From positions 13,789 to 77,788 of the forward strand of contig JAOAAX010000005.1 in the NCBI GenBank assembly GCA_026418675.1: DNA of 64,000 bases, read 5' to 3'. Position 1 is the stretch's first letter. The number at the start of each line of letters is the position of its first letter. Source of the DNA: Chthoniobacterales bacterium (GTDB lineage: Bacteria; Verrucomicrobiota; Verrucomicrobiia; Chthoniobacterales; DYNR01). Position numbers and translations under genes: made by a program. Of the stretch, positions 18,180-27,890 are shown in pieces. The notes under the pieces were generated by a model. That model did not search any database and had not been told where the DNA came from. It saw only the letters and a program-made list of their open reading frames with translations.

Positions 18180-20384
18180 TTATTGTTTAGAGGATTTTCT
18201 GCTGGAGGGACGAGATGAGCCTGAACGTGAAGAGAGAGATTTTTTGCGGGGTGGGGAGGTTGGAGTGAAAAGGATAGGGCCTGCGTCGGTGGTGATTTGT
18301 TTGGGTTGAGAGGATAGCTGTGAGGAATAAGCGGGGCGTATTTCGACCAGAGAGAAGGAATCTTCGATGCGAATTTCGCCGATAGCTGAATGGGGAAGGT
18401 CGCAGACGACTTCTACAAGGGCTTGGAGGTCGTGTTCGCGTATGCCGTGTTCGCGTCCAACTGAAATGCGGAGCCAGCGGGCATGATCAATTGCGGCCTG
18501 CGATTTTGAGCGGGACAGTTTTTGTGGGAATGGGACGTTTTCTTCTCGAAGGACTTCTGCTACGCGGTCTTCGTTGGAGGGAGGTTCGAAAGATTCTTCA
18601 GGTTTGGGTTGGGGAGGAAAGGATGGTTCGGTAGAAGATTTTTCGGTGTGGGATAGGATTTGTGAATCGGCGAAGGGGGCTTCGGTGGAAGAAATGGGGG
18701 CAGGATTCTCGTGGGATTGAAGTGATGAGGTTGGGGGGGGCTCGTCCTGGTGGCTATTGCTGAGGGAGGAGTCGTAGGATGTAGTTTCACTGGATTGACT
18801 TGGAGGTGATGGGGTATCGGGGGCGGTTCGTTGTGACGGGCTTTCGTCTTGCTCTAAGGGGAGGGCTGGCTGCTGTTGAGGGGGGATTCTCTGTCTTGAT
18901 GCTCGGGTGGCTCTTTTTTCGGTCAGGCGTTCGCGCCAAGGTTTGCGGGTATTGGATTTGCGGAGCGGTGTTGTTTTTTGGACAGATTGATCGTGATTTG
19001 AGGGCTGTGAACGTTGAGTCTCTGATGGAGGAGGTGTTTCTTCCGACGGAGGAGTGGAGGGAGAAGATTGTTTTTCGATGTGAAGTGCGAGTAAAGCAGC
19101 GGCGAGTTCAGTAGGTGGGATTCCGTTTAAGGTGATGCTCTGAATTGCGTCGAGACAAAGGCTAATTTTACCAGAGCGGAGACGGCTAAGGGCAGCATCA
19201 AGGGTTGTAGAGAGAGAGGTTGTAGAAATGGATGCAATTGTCGGAATTCTACGCCATTGGAAACGGCGGGAGAGTTTTTTCTCGAGGAGGCGGATATTTT
19301 CAATCTCGGATGGAGTTGTTAGGAAAGAGGATGCTGTGAATTGGTTGGGTGGCGCTTGGGCAAGGAAAGTGAGGCGATGGAAGTAGGAGGTTATGTCGAA
19401 AGGTGGTTCATAGTGGATAATGAAGTTTGAATTTAAATTTGTGAGGAGTAAGGAGGCGGCTTCGGTGAGGATGAGGCAACGTATGGACTGCCGGAGAAAA
19501 GCACGATGAGCGGAAGTGATTTCTTCTGGAGAGGAGGCACTGTGGAGTAGGGAGCAGGGAATGTTGCGCGACGTGAGGAAATTTGCGGCTTTTTTTGCGG
19601 AATTGCGGTTTGTGCAGAATGCAATAGCTTGAGGGGAACCGTGGCTGAGAAGTGCCCAGAGGAGGGCTTGTGGTTTGTTTTGCGGCAGTGTTTCCCAAGA
19701 GGTTTCTAAGTTGGGAGGAGGGGTAGGTTTGCTTTCTGGTGATGGGATTTCGAGTGTGACAAATGAAGGGAAATGTAAGGGACTGGACACGAGAGAATCT
19801 TCGTCCGAGCTGAGGATCAGGAATTGGTTAGATTTGATTGAGTGGATAAGGGAGGGGAGATGAGGTTTGCTGTGTTGGAATTTTTCGGGGTTAACAACGA
19901 CGGTGAGCTGGAAGGAGTGGCGAATGGGATTGTGGAAGTAGTTTTCGTGCAAAAAAAGGATATTGCTATCTTTTAATACGGAAGGGGAATTGTCTGGATT
20001 GTAAAAAGAGAGGGAGAGTCCATGGTGGTGAGGGGCAAGCTCGAGGAGACGTTCAGCCAGGGCTGAGGAAAATTCTGGCTCAGAAGAGAGGATAAGGATT
20101 TGGGGATTGGGGAAATTACGATTAAGTAGCTCGAGGCAAGCGATGGAGATAGCAGTAGAGAGGCCAAAGTTGCGTTGGTAGGGGATGAAGAGTGATTTGG
20201 ATGAGAGAAGATGAGAGAGAAGAGTGAATTGGAAAGGGGAAGGGATTTCGATTCCTTCGTTGCGCAGAGCTTGAAGGGTTTCAAGTTGTATTCCCAGTTC
20301 CTCGAATGAAGCGGTGAACATTCTGGGAAAGGGTGTAGTTTTATTTTGCAGGTTTGCGCAAGCGAAAGCCGACTGGGGTGACAA
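18180..20384 (-). CDS. Degenerate DEAD-box helicase-like protein with DbpA-type RNA-binding C-terminus
   Basis: The helicase scaffold aligns, but motif I is YQRNFGLST, motif II VVNPEKF, motif III SSD and motif VI HRLTFLAQ. The C-terminus RISVGREHGIREHDLQALVEVVCDLPHSAIGEIRIEDSFSLVEI resembles the DbpA RBD. The linker is long and P/S-rich. An alternative start MFTASFEELGI lies at 20321. Confidence 0.6.
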   Translation of the reverse strand: MSPQSAFACANLQNKTTPFPRMFTASFEELGIQLETLQALRNEGIEIPSPFQFTLLSHLLSSKSLFIPYQRNFGLSTAISIACLELLNRNFPNPQILILSSEPEFSSALAERLLELAPHHHGLSLSFYNPDNSPSVLKDSNILFLHENYFHNPIRHSFQLTVVVNPEKFQHSKPHLPSLIHSIKSNQFLILSSDEDSLVSSPLHFPSFVTLEIPSPESKPTPPPNLETSWETLPQNKPQALLWALLSHGSPQAIAFCTNRNSAKKAANFLTSRNIPCSLLHSASSPEEITSAHRAFLRQSIRCLILTEAASLLLTNLNSNFIIHYEPPFDITSYFHRLTFLAQAPPNQFTASSFLTTPSEIENIRLLEKKLSRRFQWRRIPTIASISTTSLSTTLDAALSRLRSGKISLCLDAIQSITLNGIPPTELAAALLALHIEKQSSPSTPPSEETPPPSETQRSQPSNHDQSVQKTTPLRKSNTRKPWRERLTEKRATRASRQRIPPQQQPALPLEQDESPSQRTAPDTPSPPSQSSETTSYDSSLSNSHQDEPPPTSSLQSHENPAPISSTEAPFADSQILSHTEKSSTEPSFPPQPKPEESFEPPSNEDRVAEVLREENVPFPQKLSRSKSQAAIDHARWLRISVGREHGIREHDLQALVEVVCDLPHSAIGEIRIEDSFSLVEIRPAYSSQLSSQPKQITTDAGPILFTPTSPPRKKSLSSRSGSSRPSSRKSSKQ

Positions 20385-20404
20385 AAAAGATGTTTTTGTC
20401 TAAA

Positions 20405-20995
20405 CTATGGAGAAGTTGGGAAGCTGAGACCGAGCGGCTTGCCCATTGGATATTTTTCACAGGAGAGGAAATCTGGTGCGTTGGCATCACGCGGAGCGAG
20501 TTTTGGGCGGATGCCGATGGGGATTGGCCAAAAGATTCCAATTTTTGGGTCATCCCAGCGGAGGACACGTTCATCGCCGGGGGAATAGTAGTCGGTGCAT
20601 TTGTAATGGAAGTCTGCGTAATCCGATATAACGAGGAAGCCGTGAGCGCAGCCAGGTGGTGCCCAAAGGCGTTCGTGGCAAGCGGAAGTGAGGACACGTC
20701 CGTCCCATTGTCCGAATGTGGGGGAGCCTTCGCGGAGGTCCACAATTACATCAAAGACTGCACCACTTGAAACCCAAACAAGTTTCCCTTGAGCATGACC
20801 ATTGACTTGGTAGTGGAGGCCACGGAGGACGTATTTTTCGGAACGGCTGTGGTTGTCCTGGACGAAATCGAAGTCGAGGCCGATGGATGCGTAAGTTTTG
20901 CGGTTCCACATTTCTAAGAAGAATCCACGCTCGTCGCCGTAGGTTTTGGGAGTGATGAGGAGCGCGCCGTGGATTTTAAGTTTTTCGACTCTCAT
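20405..20995 (-). CDS. rfbC: dTDP-4-dehydrorhamnose 3,5-epimerase
   Basis: [34 protein letters not shown]. Confidence 0.92.
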   Translation of the reverse strand: MRVEKLKIHGALLITPKTYGDERGFFLEMWNRKTYASIGLDFDFVQDNHSRSEKYVLRGLHYQVNGHAQGKLVWVSSGAVFDVIVDLREGSPTFGQWDGRVLTSACHERLWAPPGCAHGFLVISDYADFHYKCTDYYSPGDERVLRWDDPKIGIFWPIPIGIRPKLAPRDANAPDFLSCEKYPMGKPLGLSFPTSP

Positions 20996-21899
20996 TGGGG
21001 GTTGATGGATGTGTGGGTGGATTGGAGTGATTTATGAGTTGAAGGAGGTATTGTCCGTAGGTGGATTTACCGTAGAATTGGGCAAGTTGGCGGAGTTGGT
21101 CGAGAGAAATCCAGCCTTGGTTGTAGGCGATTTCCTCAAGGCAAGCGATGCGGAGGCCTTGGCGGTTCTGGATAGCGCGGACAAAATCTGCAGCTTCGAG
21201 AAGAGAATCGTGGGTGCCAGTATCGAGCCAAGCGATTCCACGGCCGAGGCGTATAACATGGAGGGTGCCTTTTTCAAGGTAAATGCGGTTTAGGTCAGTA
21301 ATTTCGAGCTCGCCACGTGGCGATGGACGGAGGGTTTTTGCATAATGACAGACATTGCTGTCGTAGAAATAGAGTCCTGGCACTGCCCAACGGCTAGTAG
21401 GCGAGGGAGGTTTTTCGATGATAGCAAGAGGTTTACCGGATTGATCGAACTCAATTACGCCATAGGCAGAAGGGTTGCTGACCTCATAGCCGAATATGGT
21501 AGCGCCTGTGGTGCGGGCGTGAGCTTCTCGGAGTTTGGCGGTTAGATCGGCCCCATAGAAAAGGTTGTCTCCTAGAATGAGAACGGCTGGGTGGCCGTTG
21601 AGGAATTCTTCGCCGAGGAGGAAGGCTTGAGCGAGACCATCGGGGGAGGGTTGCTCGGTGTAGGAGAATTTGACCCCGAAACGGGAGCCGTCGCCGAGGA
21701 GGCGGCGGAAAGCGGGGAGGTCAGTTGGTGTTGAAATGATGAGGATTTCCCGGATGCCGGCTAACATCAGGACACTGAGTGGGTAGAAGACCATCGGTTT
21801 GTCATATATGGGGAGTAATTGCTTAGAGGTAGCGAGAGTGATGGGATGTAGGCGTGTGCCGGCACCGCCCGCCAAAACGATTCCTTTTCGGGATAACAT
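20976..21899 (-). CDS. rfbA: Glucose-1-phosphate thymidylyltransferase
   Basis: [17 protein letters not shown]. The Pro-rich C-terminal tail overlaps rfbC by 20 nt. Confidence 0.93.
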   Translation of the reverse strand: MLSRKGIVLAGGAGTRLHPITLATSKQLLPIYDKPMVFYPLSVLMLAGIREILIISTPTDLPAFRRLLGDGSRFGVKFSYTEQPSPDGLAQAFLLGEEFLNGHPAVLILGDNLFYGADLTAKLREAHARTTGATIFGYEVSNPSAYGVIEFDQSGKPLAIIEKPPSPTSRWAVPGLYFYDSNVCHYAKTLRPSPRGELEITDLNRIYLEKGTLHVIRLGRGIAWLDTGTHDSLLEAADFVRAIQNRQGLRIACLEEIAYNQGWISLDQLRQLAQFYGKSTYGQYLLQLINHSNPPTHPSTPNESRKT

Positions 21900-21934
21900 G
21901 GTAATCTTTGGGGATTCCTTAAGATTTTGTTATT

Positions 21935-22834
21935 TTAAAATGAGTTGTGAATGAGCAATTCGTTAATGGTGCGTTGGACGCCGAATTGCCAGGGAGGGAG
22001 TTGAAGGCCGAAGGTGCGACAGAATTTGGAGGTATCGAGGCGTGAATTCAGTGGCCTTTTTGCTATGGAGGGATATGCGGAAGAGGGGACTGGCTCGATT
22101 TTGGTGGTGGGGAGGGTATGGCCGAGGTCTCGAGCGGTTTGGCAGATGAATTGTGCGTATTCGTGCCAGGAGGTTTCACCAGAAGCGCAAAGGTGATAGA
22201 GACCGCATTTGGAGGGGTCGTCTAGTGTTTGGAGGATTGCATGTGCTGTGGCATCTGCTAGGAGTTCAGCGCTGGTGGGGGCGCCGATTTGGTCACAAAC
22301 GACATTGAGGGATTCGCGTTGTTTCGCAAGTCGGAGGATAGTTTTAGGGAAGTTATGGTTTCTTGGGCTGTGGACCCAACTTGTGCGAAAGATAAGCCAA
22401 AGGCAGCCTGCTTCCTGGATGGCGTTGTCACCCTGGAGCTTGGTGCGGCCATAGACGTTGAGTGGGCGAGGGTCGTCCGTTTCTACCCGGGGGGCTGAAC
22501 CGGAACCATCATAAACGTAGTCGGTTGAGTAGTGAACGAGCAAGGAGCCGAAGCGAGATGCTTCTCGGGCTATTGCGGCTGGTGAATCACGGTTAAGTGT
22601 TGCGGCTAATGCCGGCTCGGATTCAGCTTTATCAACGGCAGTGTAAGCAGATGCAATGACAATGACTTGCGGAGAAGTTTTTCGAACTGTGGAAGCTACT
22701 CCTTCGGGATAACTGAGGTTGCCACAGAAATCACGGCTTGAGGAGGAAAGTGCTATTACTTCCCCCAATACCGAGAGCGAACGAACCAATTCCCAACCTA
22801 CTTGTCCGTTTTTTCCGAATAGGAGTATTTTCAC
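21935..22834 (-). CDS. rfbD: dTDP-4-dehydrorhamnose reductase
   Basis: MKILLFGKNGQVGWEL N-terminus and the YGRTK catalytic motif. Confidence 0.9.
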   Translation of the reverse strand: MKILLFGKNGQVGWELVRSLSVLGEVIALSSSSRDFCGNLSYPEGVASTVRKTSPQVIVIASAYTAVDKAESEPALAATLNRDSPAAIAREASRFGSLLVHYSTDYVYDGSGSAPRVETDDPRPLNVYGRTKLQGDNAIQEAGCLWLIFRTSWVHSPRNHNFPKTILRLAKQRESLNVVCDQIGAPTSAELLADATAHAILQTLDDPSKCGLYHLCASGETSWHEYAQFICQTARDLGHTLPTTKIEPVPSSAYPSIAKRPLNSRLDTSKFCRTFGLQLPPWQFGVQRTINELLIHNSF

Positions 22835-23009
22835 TGAAATTCTGAGAATAGCGTTAAAGCGGATGAGATGTTTATAAAAATTGTGATGCCGCTAATAAGA
22901 CAAAAGTGAAGCTATTCTAGCATTTTTTGTTATTTGAGTAGAAATCAAAGTAAGAACTTGAGAGAACCCAAAGATTTTTTTGGGTATTGTGGAAGGGGTG
23001 GATGGGAAG

Positions 23010-23702
23010 TTAGTGGGGGCTGGAGGGAGTTGTTAATGTTTTTGGGGAATTTTCAGAAGCGGGTTGGGGTTGTGGCGAATTTCTATATTGACGATATTGA
23101 TTGATTAATTTTTCGATAAGCTCTTCCTCTTTTTTTTGGCGTTCTTCATGATACCTTTTGCGGAGTTCGCGTTCGATGGTGGCACGTTCCTCCCAAAATT
23201 GTTCGAAAAGAGCTTGGCGTTCGGAAGGAGAAGGAGACAAACCTGAGTTTTCGATTGCCTGTTGGAGACGCTGTTGGGTTTGCTGGCGTAGCTGATGTGC
23301 TTTTTTTCTCATCCAGTATCGTTCGGAAGGTTCCAGTTGCTCCCATTGACGGCGGTTAGCTTTGTGAAATTGTTGGTATTGTTGAGTTGGAGGGGGTAGA
23401 ATGGGAAACGGAGGTGGATTAGGATGGGGAGGAGGGGAAGGGTTTTGATGAAATTGGATTTGGTTGGATGGAAAAGGTGGAGGAAAGGGAGGAAGCGGTT
23501 GGAGCAAATGTAGGTTATGAAAGTGAGGAGGGTTTGCTTGTGAAGAAGAAAAATGTTGAAGTTGTGTTTGAGGCAAGGGGGATGATATTGGTGAGGGGGC
23601 TGGTTGAGCAAAGAGTTGAGAGGCCTGAGATAGTGCTAAGAGGCAGATAAGGAGGAACTTGGATCGAGCTGAAGAAACAAGAGGGGAAGGGAGGGTGTTC
23701 AT
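23010..23702 (-). CDS. Secreted Pro/Gln-rich hypothetical protein
   Basis: From the ATG at 23702 the signal peptide reads MNTLPSPLVSSARSKFLLICLLALSQASQLFAQ. A P-rich middle is followed by a charged helical C-terminus (RQWEQLEPSERYWMRKK...). The start overlaps the upstream stop as ATGA. The ORF track start is 23723. Confidence 0.55.
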   Translation of the reverse strand: MNTLPSPLVSSARSKFLLICLLALSQASQLFAQPAPSPISSPLPQTQLQHFSSSQANPPHFHNLHLLQPLPPFPPPFPSNQIQFHQNPSPPPHPNPPPFPILPPPTQQYQQFHKANRRQWEQLEPSERYWMRKKAHQLRQQTQQRLQQAIENSGLSPSPSERQALFEQFWEERATIERELRKRYHEERQKKEEELIEKLINQYRQYRNSPQPQPASENSPKTLTTPSSPH

Positions 23703-24097
23703 TTTGTGGATGCAAACATCCATATTTCTTGCTCAAAATGGTCAAGATAAATATCGAGGTTAGAGATAATTTCTTCGTCTAAGAAGGGAGAGGGTGCATT
23801 GAGGGAAGTATTAGGAGATGTAGTGTTGGATGGGGTAGGGAGCTGGGTGATAGCTAGAATTATGGCAAGCAGAGTGCAAATACTAAGAGCAATTGGGGTT
23901 AGCTTTCTAATAAATTCAAAAGTAATTGGTGAAGGAAGTGTTAGCGGTTTTTGGCATGAATCATTTACGTAGTTAAGGGTTTTTGATACAAACCAAGGAT
24001 TTGTAGGGGGTTTTGGAACTAAATCGAGGAGGAGTTCAATTTTGTCTGGAGTTTTAGTTGGAGTTTGAGATGAGGGGGTTTGTTGTTTTTTTTGCAT
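23699..24097 (-). CDS. Single-pass membrane hypothetical protein
   Basis: One TM helix, TPIALSICTLLAIILAITQL. Translationally coupled (ATGA) to the downstream P-rich gene. Confidence 0.45.
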   Translation of the reverse strand: MQKKQQTPSSQTPTKTPDKIELLLDLVPKPPTNPWFVSKTLNYVNDSCQKPLTLPSPITFEFIRKLTPIALSICTLLAIILAITQLPTPSNTTSPNTSLNAPSPFLDEEIISNLDIYLDHFEQEIWMFASTK

Positions 24098-24148
24098 TGT
24101 CCTTTTTAGATAGAAACACCTGTGAACAGGAAAAGTTTTATTAAAAAT

Positions 24149-24185
24149 AAAAAAACTCGGCGCCTGCGAAAAGCAAACGCCGAGC
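24149..24185 (-). terminator. Rho-independent terminator downstream of the porin gene
   Basis: Stem ctcggcg (24156-24162) / cgccgag (24179-24185). On the minus strand it is followed by a run of 7 T (24149-24155). Confidence 0.7.
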
Positions 24186-24225
24186 TTGAATGGCTTTCGA
24201 ATTTTAAGGTTTTTTTTGGTTTGGG

Positions 24226-25698
24226 TTAGAAGGTAACACCGGTGTAGAAGCCGAGGATTGCACCATTTTCGACGTTATCAGTTCCGTTTGGACGGATAAC
24301 GTATTGGGCAAATGGTTGGAGGAAGGCCCAACCATTAATTTTGATACGGTAGCCCCACTCTAACAACATGGTGTAGTCCTGCCAAGCACGTCCGCGTTGA
24401 CGACGAGCAAGGTTGCTCAAATAACTATAATTACCGTAAGCCAGAGCGAATAAGGCTTGGTCATCATCACGTCCGGGAATGAGACCTTTATAAACCAGCC
24501 CTGAATGGAAATAGAGTGGATATGTGTTGTTGTATTTAGGGGCGAAGGTAATGAGGTTAAAAATGCTCAGGCCTTGGTCATTCTTTTTTTCTTTTTTCTT
24601 GGGAGCAGATGGAACGTAATCCTTAGAGTGTTTGGTAGCCTTTGCGCTTTTGTCGTGGACTACTGGTTCATGAACAACATGGCTAGGCTCGCGATAGAGC
24701 ATTTGGTCGAGCTGCCAGTAGAAACCATATTGACCCCAGTTGTAGGTTCCATTCCAAGAGCGGCGTTCGTTGCCCCAATAATAACCACCGAAAGCATATT
24801 TCCCAGGAAGTTCGGCGGAACCGATTTTTGGTGTAACACCAGCCTCGGCCATAACCATTAAGCCGTTTTTACTGGTGTCTGGAGCAAAGCCTTCGAAGGC
24901 TAAACCATGGTTACCACTGTCAGTGGCATGGGGATAAGCCATATAAAGCCCGGCCTTTGTGTAGGACCAATCTGTGGGTTTAATTTCTAGAGTGCCACCC
25001 CATGTTGAGAAGCTTCCTGAGAATGGGATATTGCCTCCAATTCCTTTTGCACTTTGGATTGCATTGTTCAAGAACAACTTCGAAAGCGGCTGATCAATGA
25101 AATCTTTATTCGGTTGGACCCAACCACCTCTGAGAACAAGCATGTCCTTGACGGGGAGGAGGTCTCGTGAAGATAGCTGAAGCCCAAAGTTCATGAGACG
25201 CCATTGAACACCGCTAGCCCAAGCTGTCGGATTGAAGAGTCCGCTACCTTGGACGAAATAATTTGGGTTAACTTGTCTGAGGTCGTTTGCACGTGGGCGG
25301 TCATCGCGCCAACGGACTTCACCGAAAATTGAAGCAACACGCAGTGCTTCTACGTCAAAAAGTTCTCCAAAGTTGAGATTTCCGTTGAAGCTGATTTGCT
25401 GATCCCAGAAACCTCTAGCTCCTCTTTGGCTATCAATAACACCAAAGTAAGCGCCGTCGTATTTACCACCGAGGCTTAGCCCATGGTCTTTCAATTCATC
25501 ACGCAGGCCAAACCAGTTGCCTGTTAAATTCTTTCCGTCCCACCATTCCTCGAGAGCGGATTTTTCTTTTTTTTGGGAAGTGGTTGGAACTGTTGCTTTT
25601 TGAGCCAAGGCACTGGTGGTTGAATAGTGGAGAGGCAACAGTGCTGTTGCTCCAACTATTACTCGCAAGCAGATTTGATTCAATTTGCTTTTTCTCAT
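24226..25698 (-). CDS. Carbohydrate-selective porin, OprB family
   Basis: Signal peptide. OprB hallmark NLTGNWFGLRDELKDHGL (compare LTGDWGGxRxxL). Aromatic-rich beta-barrel pattern ending in a C-terminal Phe (GVTF). Confidence 0.7.
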   Translation of the reverse strand: MRKSKLNQICLRVIVGATALLPLHYSTTSALAQKATVPTTSQKKEKSALEEWWDGKNLTGNWFGLRDELKDHGLSLGGKYDGAYFGVIDSQRGARGFWDQQISFNGNLNFGELFDVEALRVASIFGEVRWRDDRPRANDLRQVNPNYFVQGSGLFNPTAWASGVQWRLMNFGLQLSSRDLLPVKDMLVLRGGWVQPNKDFIDQPLSKLFLNNAIQSAKGIGGNIPFSGSFSTWGGTLEIKPTDWSYTKAGLYMAYPHATDSGNHGLAFEGFAPDTSKNGLMVMAEAGVTPKIGSAELPGKYAFGGYYWGNERRSWNGTYNWGQYGFYWQLDQMLYREPSHVVHEPVVHDKSAKATKHSKDYVPSAPKKKEKKNDQGLSIFNLITFAPKYNNTYPLYFHSGLVYKGLIPGRDDDQALFALAYGNYSYLSNLARRQRGRAWQDYTMLLEWGYRIKINGWAFLQPFAQYVIRPNGTDNVENGAILGFYTGVTF

Positions 25699-25820
25699 AG
25701 AGTTATGCTTATTGCGGTTTGGGTTAATAATGGTTTGGTTGTTACCAAACGGCCAAAGACTCTATCAGAGGAGAGAAAATGTGCAAGAAAAAAAAGCTTT
25801 TTGACGAAAAGTCAAAAAGA

Positions 25821-26711
25821 CTAGTAAAACGAGAAAAAGGAAGGATTTTTAAAAAGAATCAGCAATTTTTGTGCCAGCGGTAAACGCACTTTTTTATTCC
25901 ACAACTTAGTAGGTCCGACTTCTGTGAGTTTTTTAAATAACGTGTTGTAGATGAGTCGCATAGCTTCGGCTGCTTTGAGACGCGTTTTATCCTCGTTAGG
26001 AGGGCCAGCTTCTAATTCCGAGTAAAGATTTCGAGCTTCGAGGGCCAATTTTTTCCAAACGAATGGATAACCAGGACCAGGGTGCCCTTGCAGCCAAGAT
26101 TCTGGACGTTCTCCGAATTCTTCTAACCAAGCAAGGGGGAAGTAAATCCGCCCTTGTTGTGCATCCTCTCCTACGTCCCTAAGAATATTTGTCAGTTGGA
26201 GAGCAAGGCCGAGATTGACAGCATATTCTTCGCTTTTTGGATTTTTGCATCCAGTTATTTGATTGCAGGCAAGGCCTACTGCACCGGCTACGCACCAGCA
26301 ATAGTGTTTCAAATCTTCGAAGCTGCGAAAAAACTTCAGGTGTATATCTGCTTCTACTCCTTGTAGAATTGCTTGCAACAGGAATGGTTTTATATGTCTG
26401 CGGGTTAGAATGTCTTGCAAATCAACTGGCAAATTAGCTTTCCCAATGAGAGCTTGCTGCCAGAGCTCGACCCATTCTAGCTTTTCGCTGTAAGTGAACT
26501 TTGGTTTATCTGCGATGTCATCTACAAACCGACAAAATGAATAAAAAATTTCCATATCTTTCCGCTGATCTTTGGGCAGGCAGAGCATGGCTAGAGCGAG
26601 GTTTGACTTGAGGTAAGTCAAGACGCGTGAAATAAGGCTACCTTTCAACATTTTTTCAGGTAACCTAATTGATTCTTTATTTCCCATGCCCCTTTTATTA
26701 ATTGATCTCAA
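25821..26711 (-). CDS. Squalene/phytoene synthase family protein (HpnC/HpnD-like)
   Basis: Asp-rich motifs FCRFVDDIAD and NILRDVGEDAQQGRIYFP; 296 aa. The exact start is uncertain. Confidence 0.8.
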   Translation of the reverse strand: MRSINKRGMGNKESIRLPEKMLKGSLISRVLTYLKSNLALAMLCLPKDQRKDMEIFYSFCRFVDDIADKPKFTYSEKLEWVELWQQALIGKANLPVDLQDILTRRHIKPFLLQAILQGVEADIHLKFFRSFEDLKHYCWCVAGAVGLACNQITGCKNPKSEEYAVNLGLALQLTNILRDVGEDAQQGRIYFPLAWLEEFGERPESWLQGHPGPGYPFVWKKLALEARNLYSELEAGPPNEDKTRLKAAEAMRLIYNTLFKKLTEVGPTKLWNKKVRLPLAQKLLILFKNPSFFSFY

Positions 26712-26783
26712 TTCTGCCCCAATTTCTTCGCTCTTAAAAACTGGAGTAGTGCTATGATCTACTTTTCCACTTCTTAGGGAGCT

Positions 26784-27746
26784 TTAAATTCCCACTGCTT
26801 GCCGAACTCTTAGGATAACGCTTTTTGCTACTTCTCTTGCCTTTTCAGTTCCTTTGCGGAGGATATCCTCGACAAGTCCTGGTTGCTTCTGGAGCTCCTC
26901 TCTGCGCCGTCGCATTGGTTCAAAGTAGTCGAGGACAGCTTCGAAGAGTTGTTTTTTATACTCTCCGTAACCAGTGCCTCCCTGTCGAAACGATTCTTCC
27001 ATTTCCTTTGCTCTATCCTCTCCTGCCACAAGACGGTAGAGCGTAAGCAAAGTTGAACCTTCAACAGGTTTCGGTTCTTCAAGAGGAGTGCAATCTGTTT
27101 TAATACCGAAAATCTTTTTTCTTAACTCCGCTTCTGTTCCGAACAAAGGAATTGTATTTCCGTAACTTTTACTCATCTTTTGGCCATCTGTGCCAGGAAC
27201 GACAGCGGTATCCTCTCGAATTAATGGTTCTGGTAATTTAAACACTGTCCCGAAAGTCTCGTTAAATTTAATTGCCAAGTCCCGTGTGACTTCCAAGTGC
27301 TGCTTTTGGTCGCGACCGACAGGCACCACGTCGCTGTCATAAACCAGAATATCTGCTGCCATGAGGACAGGATACGAGAAAAGCCCATGACTAGCAGGTA
27401 ATCCTTTAGCTTGCTTATCCTTGAAAGAGTGGCAGCGTTCGAGCAATCCCATAGGCGTTACCGTGCTCAATACCCATGCAAGCAAGGGAACTTCTGCAAC
27501 TTCCGACTGTCGGAAAAACGCTGTTCTTTCTGGATTGAGGCCACAGGCTAAAAAGTCCAAGGCCAATTCGTGCACATACTGTCGCAAAGCATCGCCGTTT
27601 CTAACGGTCGTTAGGGCGTGTAAATCTGCTATAAAGTAAAAGGCTTCGCCGCGCTCCTGCAGTTCGATTGCAGGCAACATCATTCCGAAGTAATTCCCTA
27701 AATGTGGAGCTCCGGTTGGTTGAATTCCCGACAGAATTCTCATCAC
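26784..27746 (-). CDS. trpS: Tryptophan--tRNA ligase
   Basis: SGIQPTGAPHLGNYFG (HIGH region) and KMSKS. Confidence 0.95.
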   Translation of the reverse strand: MMRILSGIQPTGAPHLGNYFGMMLPAIELQERGEAFYFIADLHALTTVRNGDALRQYVHELALDFLACGLNPERTAFFRQSEVAEVPLLAWVLSTVTPMGLLERCHSFKDKQAKGLPASHGLFSYPVLMAADILVYDSDVVPVGRDQKQHLEVTRDLAIKFNETFGTVFKLPEPLIREDTAVVPGTDGQKMSKSYGNTIPLFGTEAELRKKIFGIKTDCTPLEEPKPVEGSTLLTLYRLVAGEDRAKEMEESFRQGGTGYGEYKKQLFEAVLDYFEPMRRRREELQKQPGLVEDILRKGTEKAREVAKSVILRVRQAVGI

Positions 27747-27890
27747 TTCTACTGACCCAATTCATTTTTTCTTCTTCTACTTGATATGTCAAAAAATTGT
27801 CTCTTTTAAATAGGATCAGGATTTTCCAATAATGGACATTCAACTCATTTAAAGTGCGTCCCACTTTCTTTACCATTCCGGCATAAATAA

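Noticed and set aside
18560-20745. Numerous overlapping ORFs in alternative frames and strands across the helicase-like gene and rfbC (for example 18800-19114, 19408-19698, 19973-20284, 20341-20745).
   Set aside because: They are produced by the Pro/Ser-rich low-complexity coding sequence and by the opposite strand of rfbC. The 734-aa and rfbC frames explain the region.
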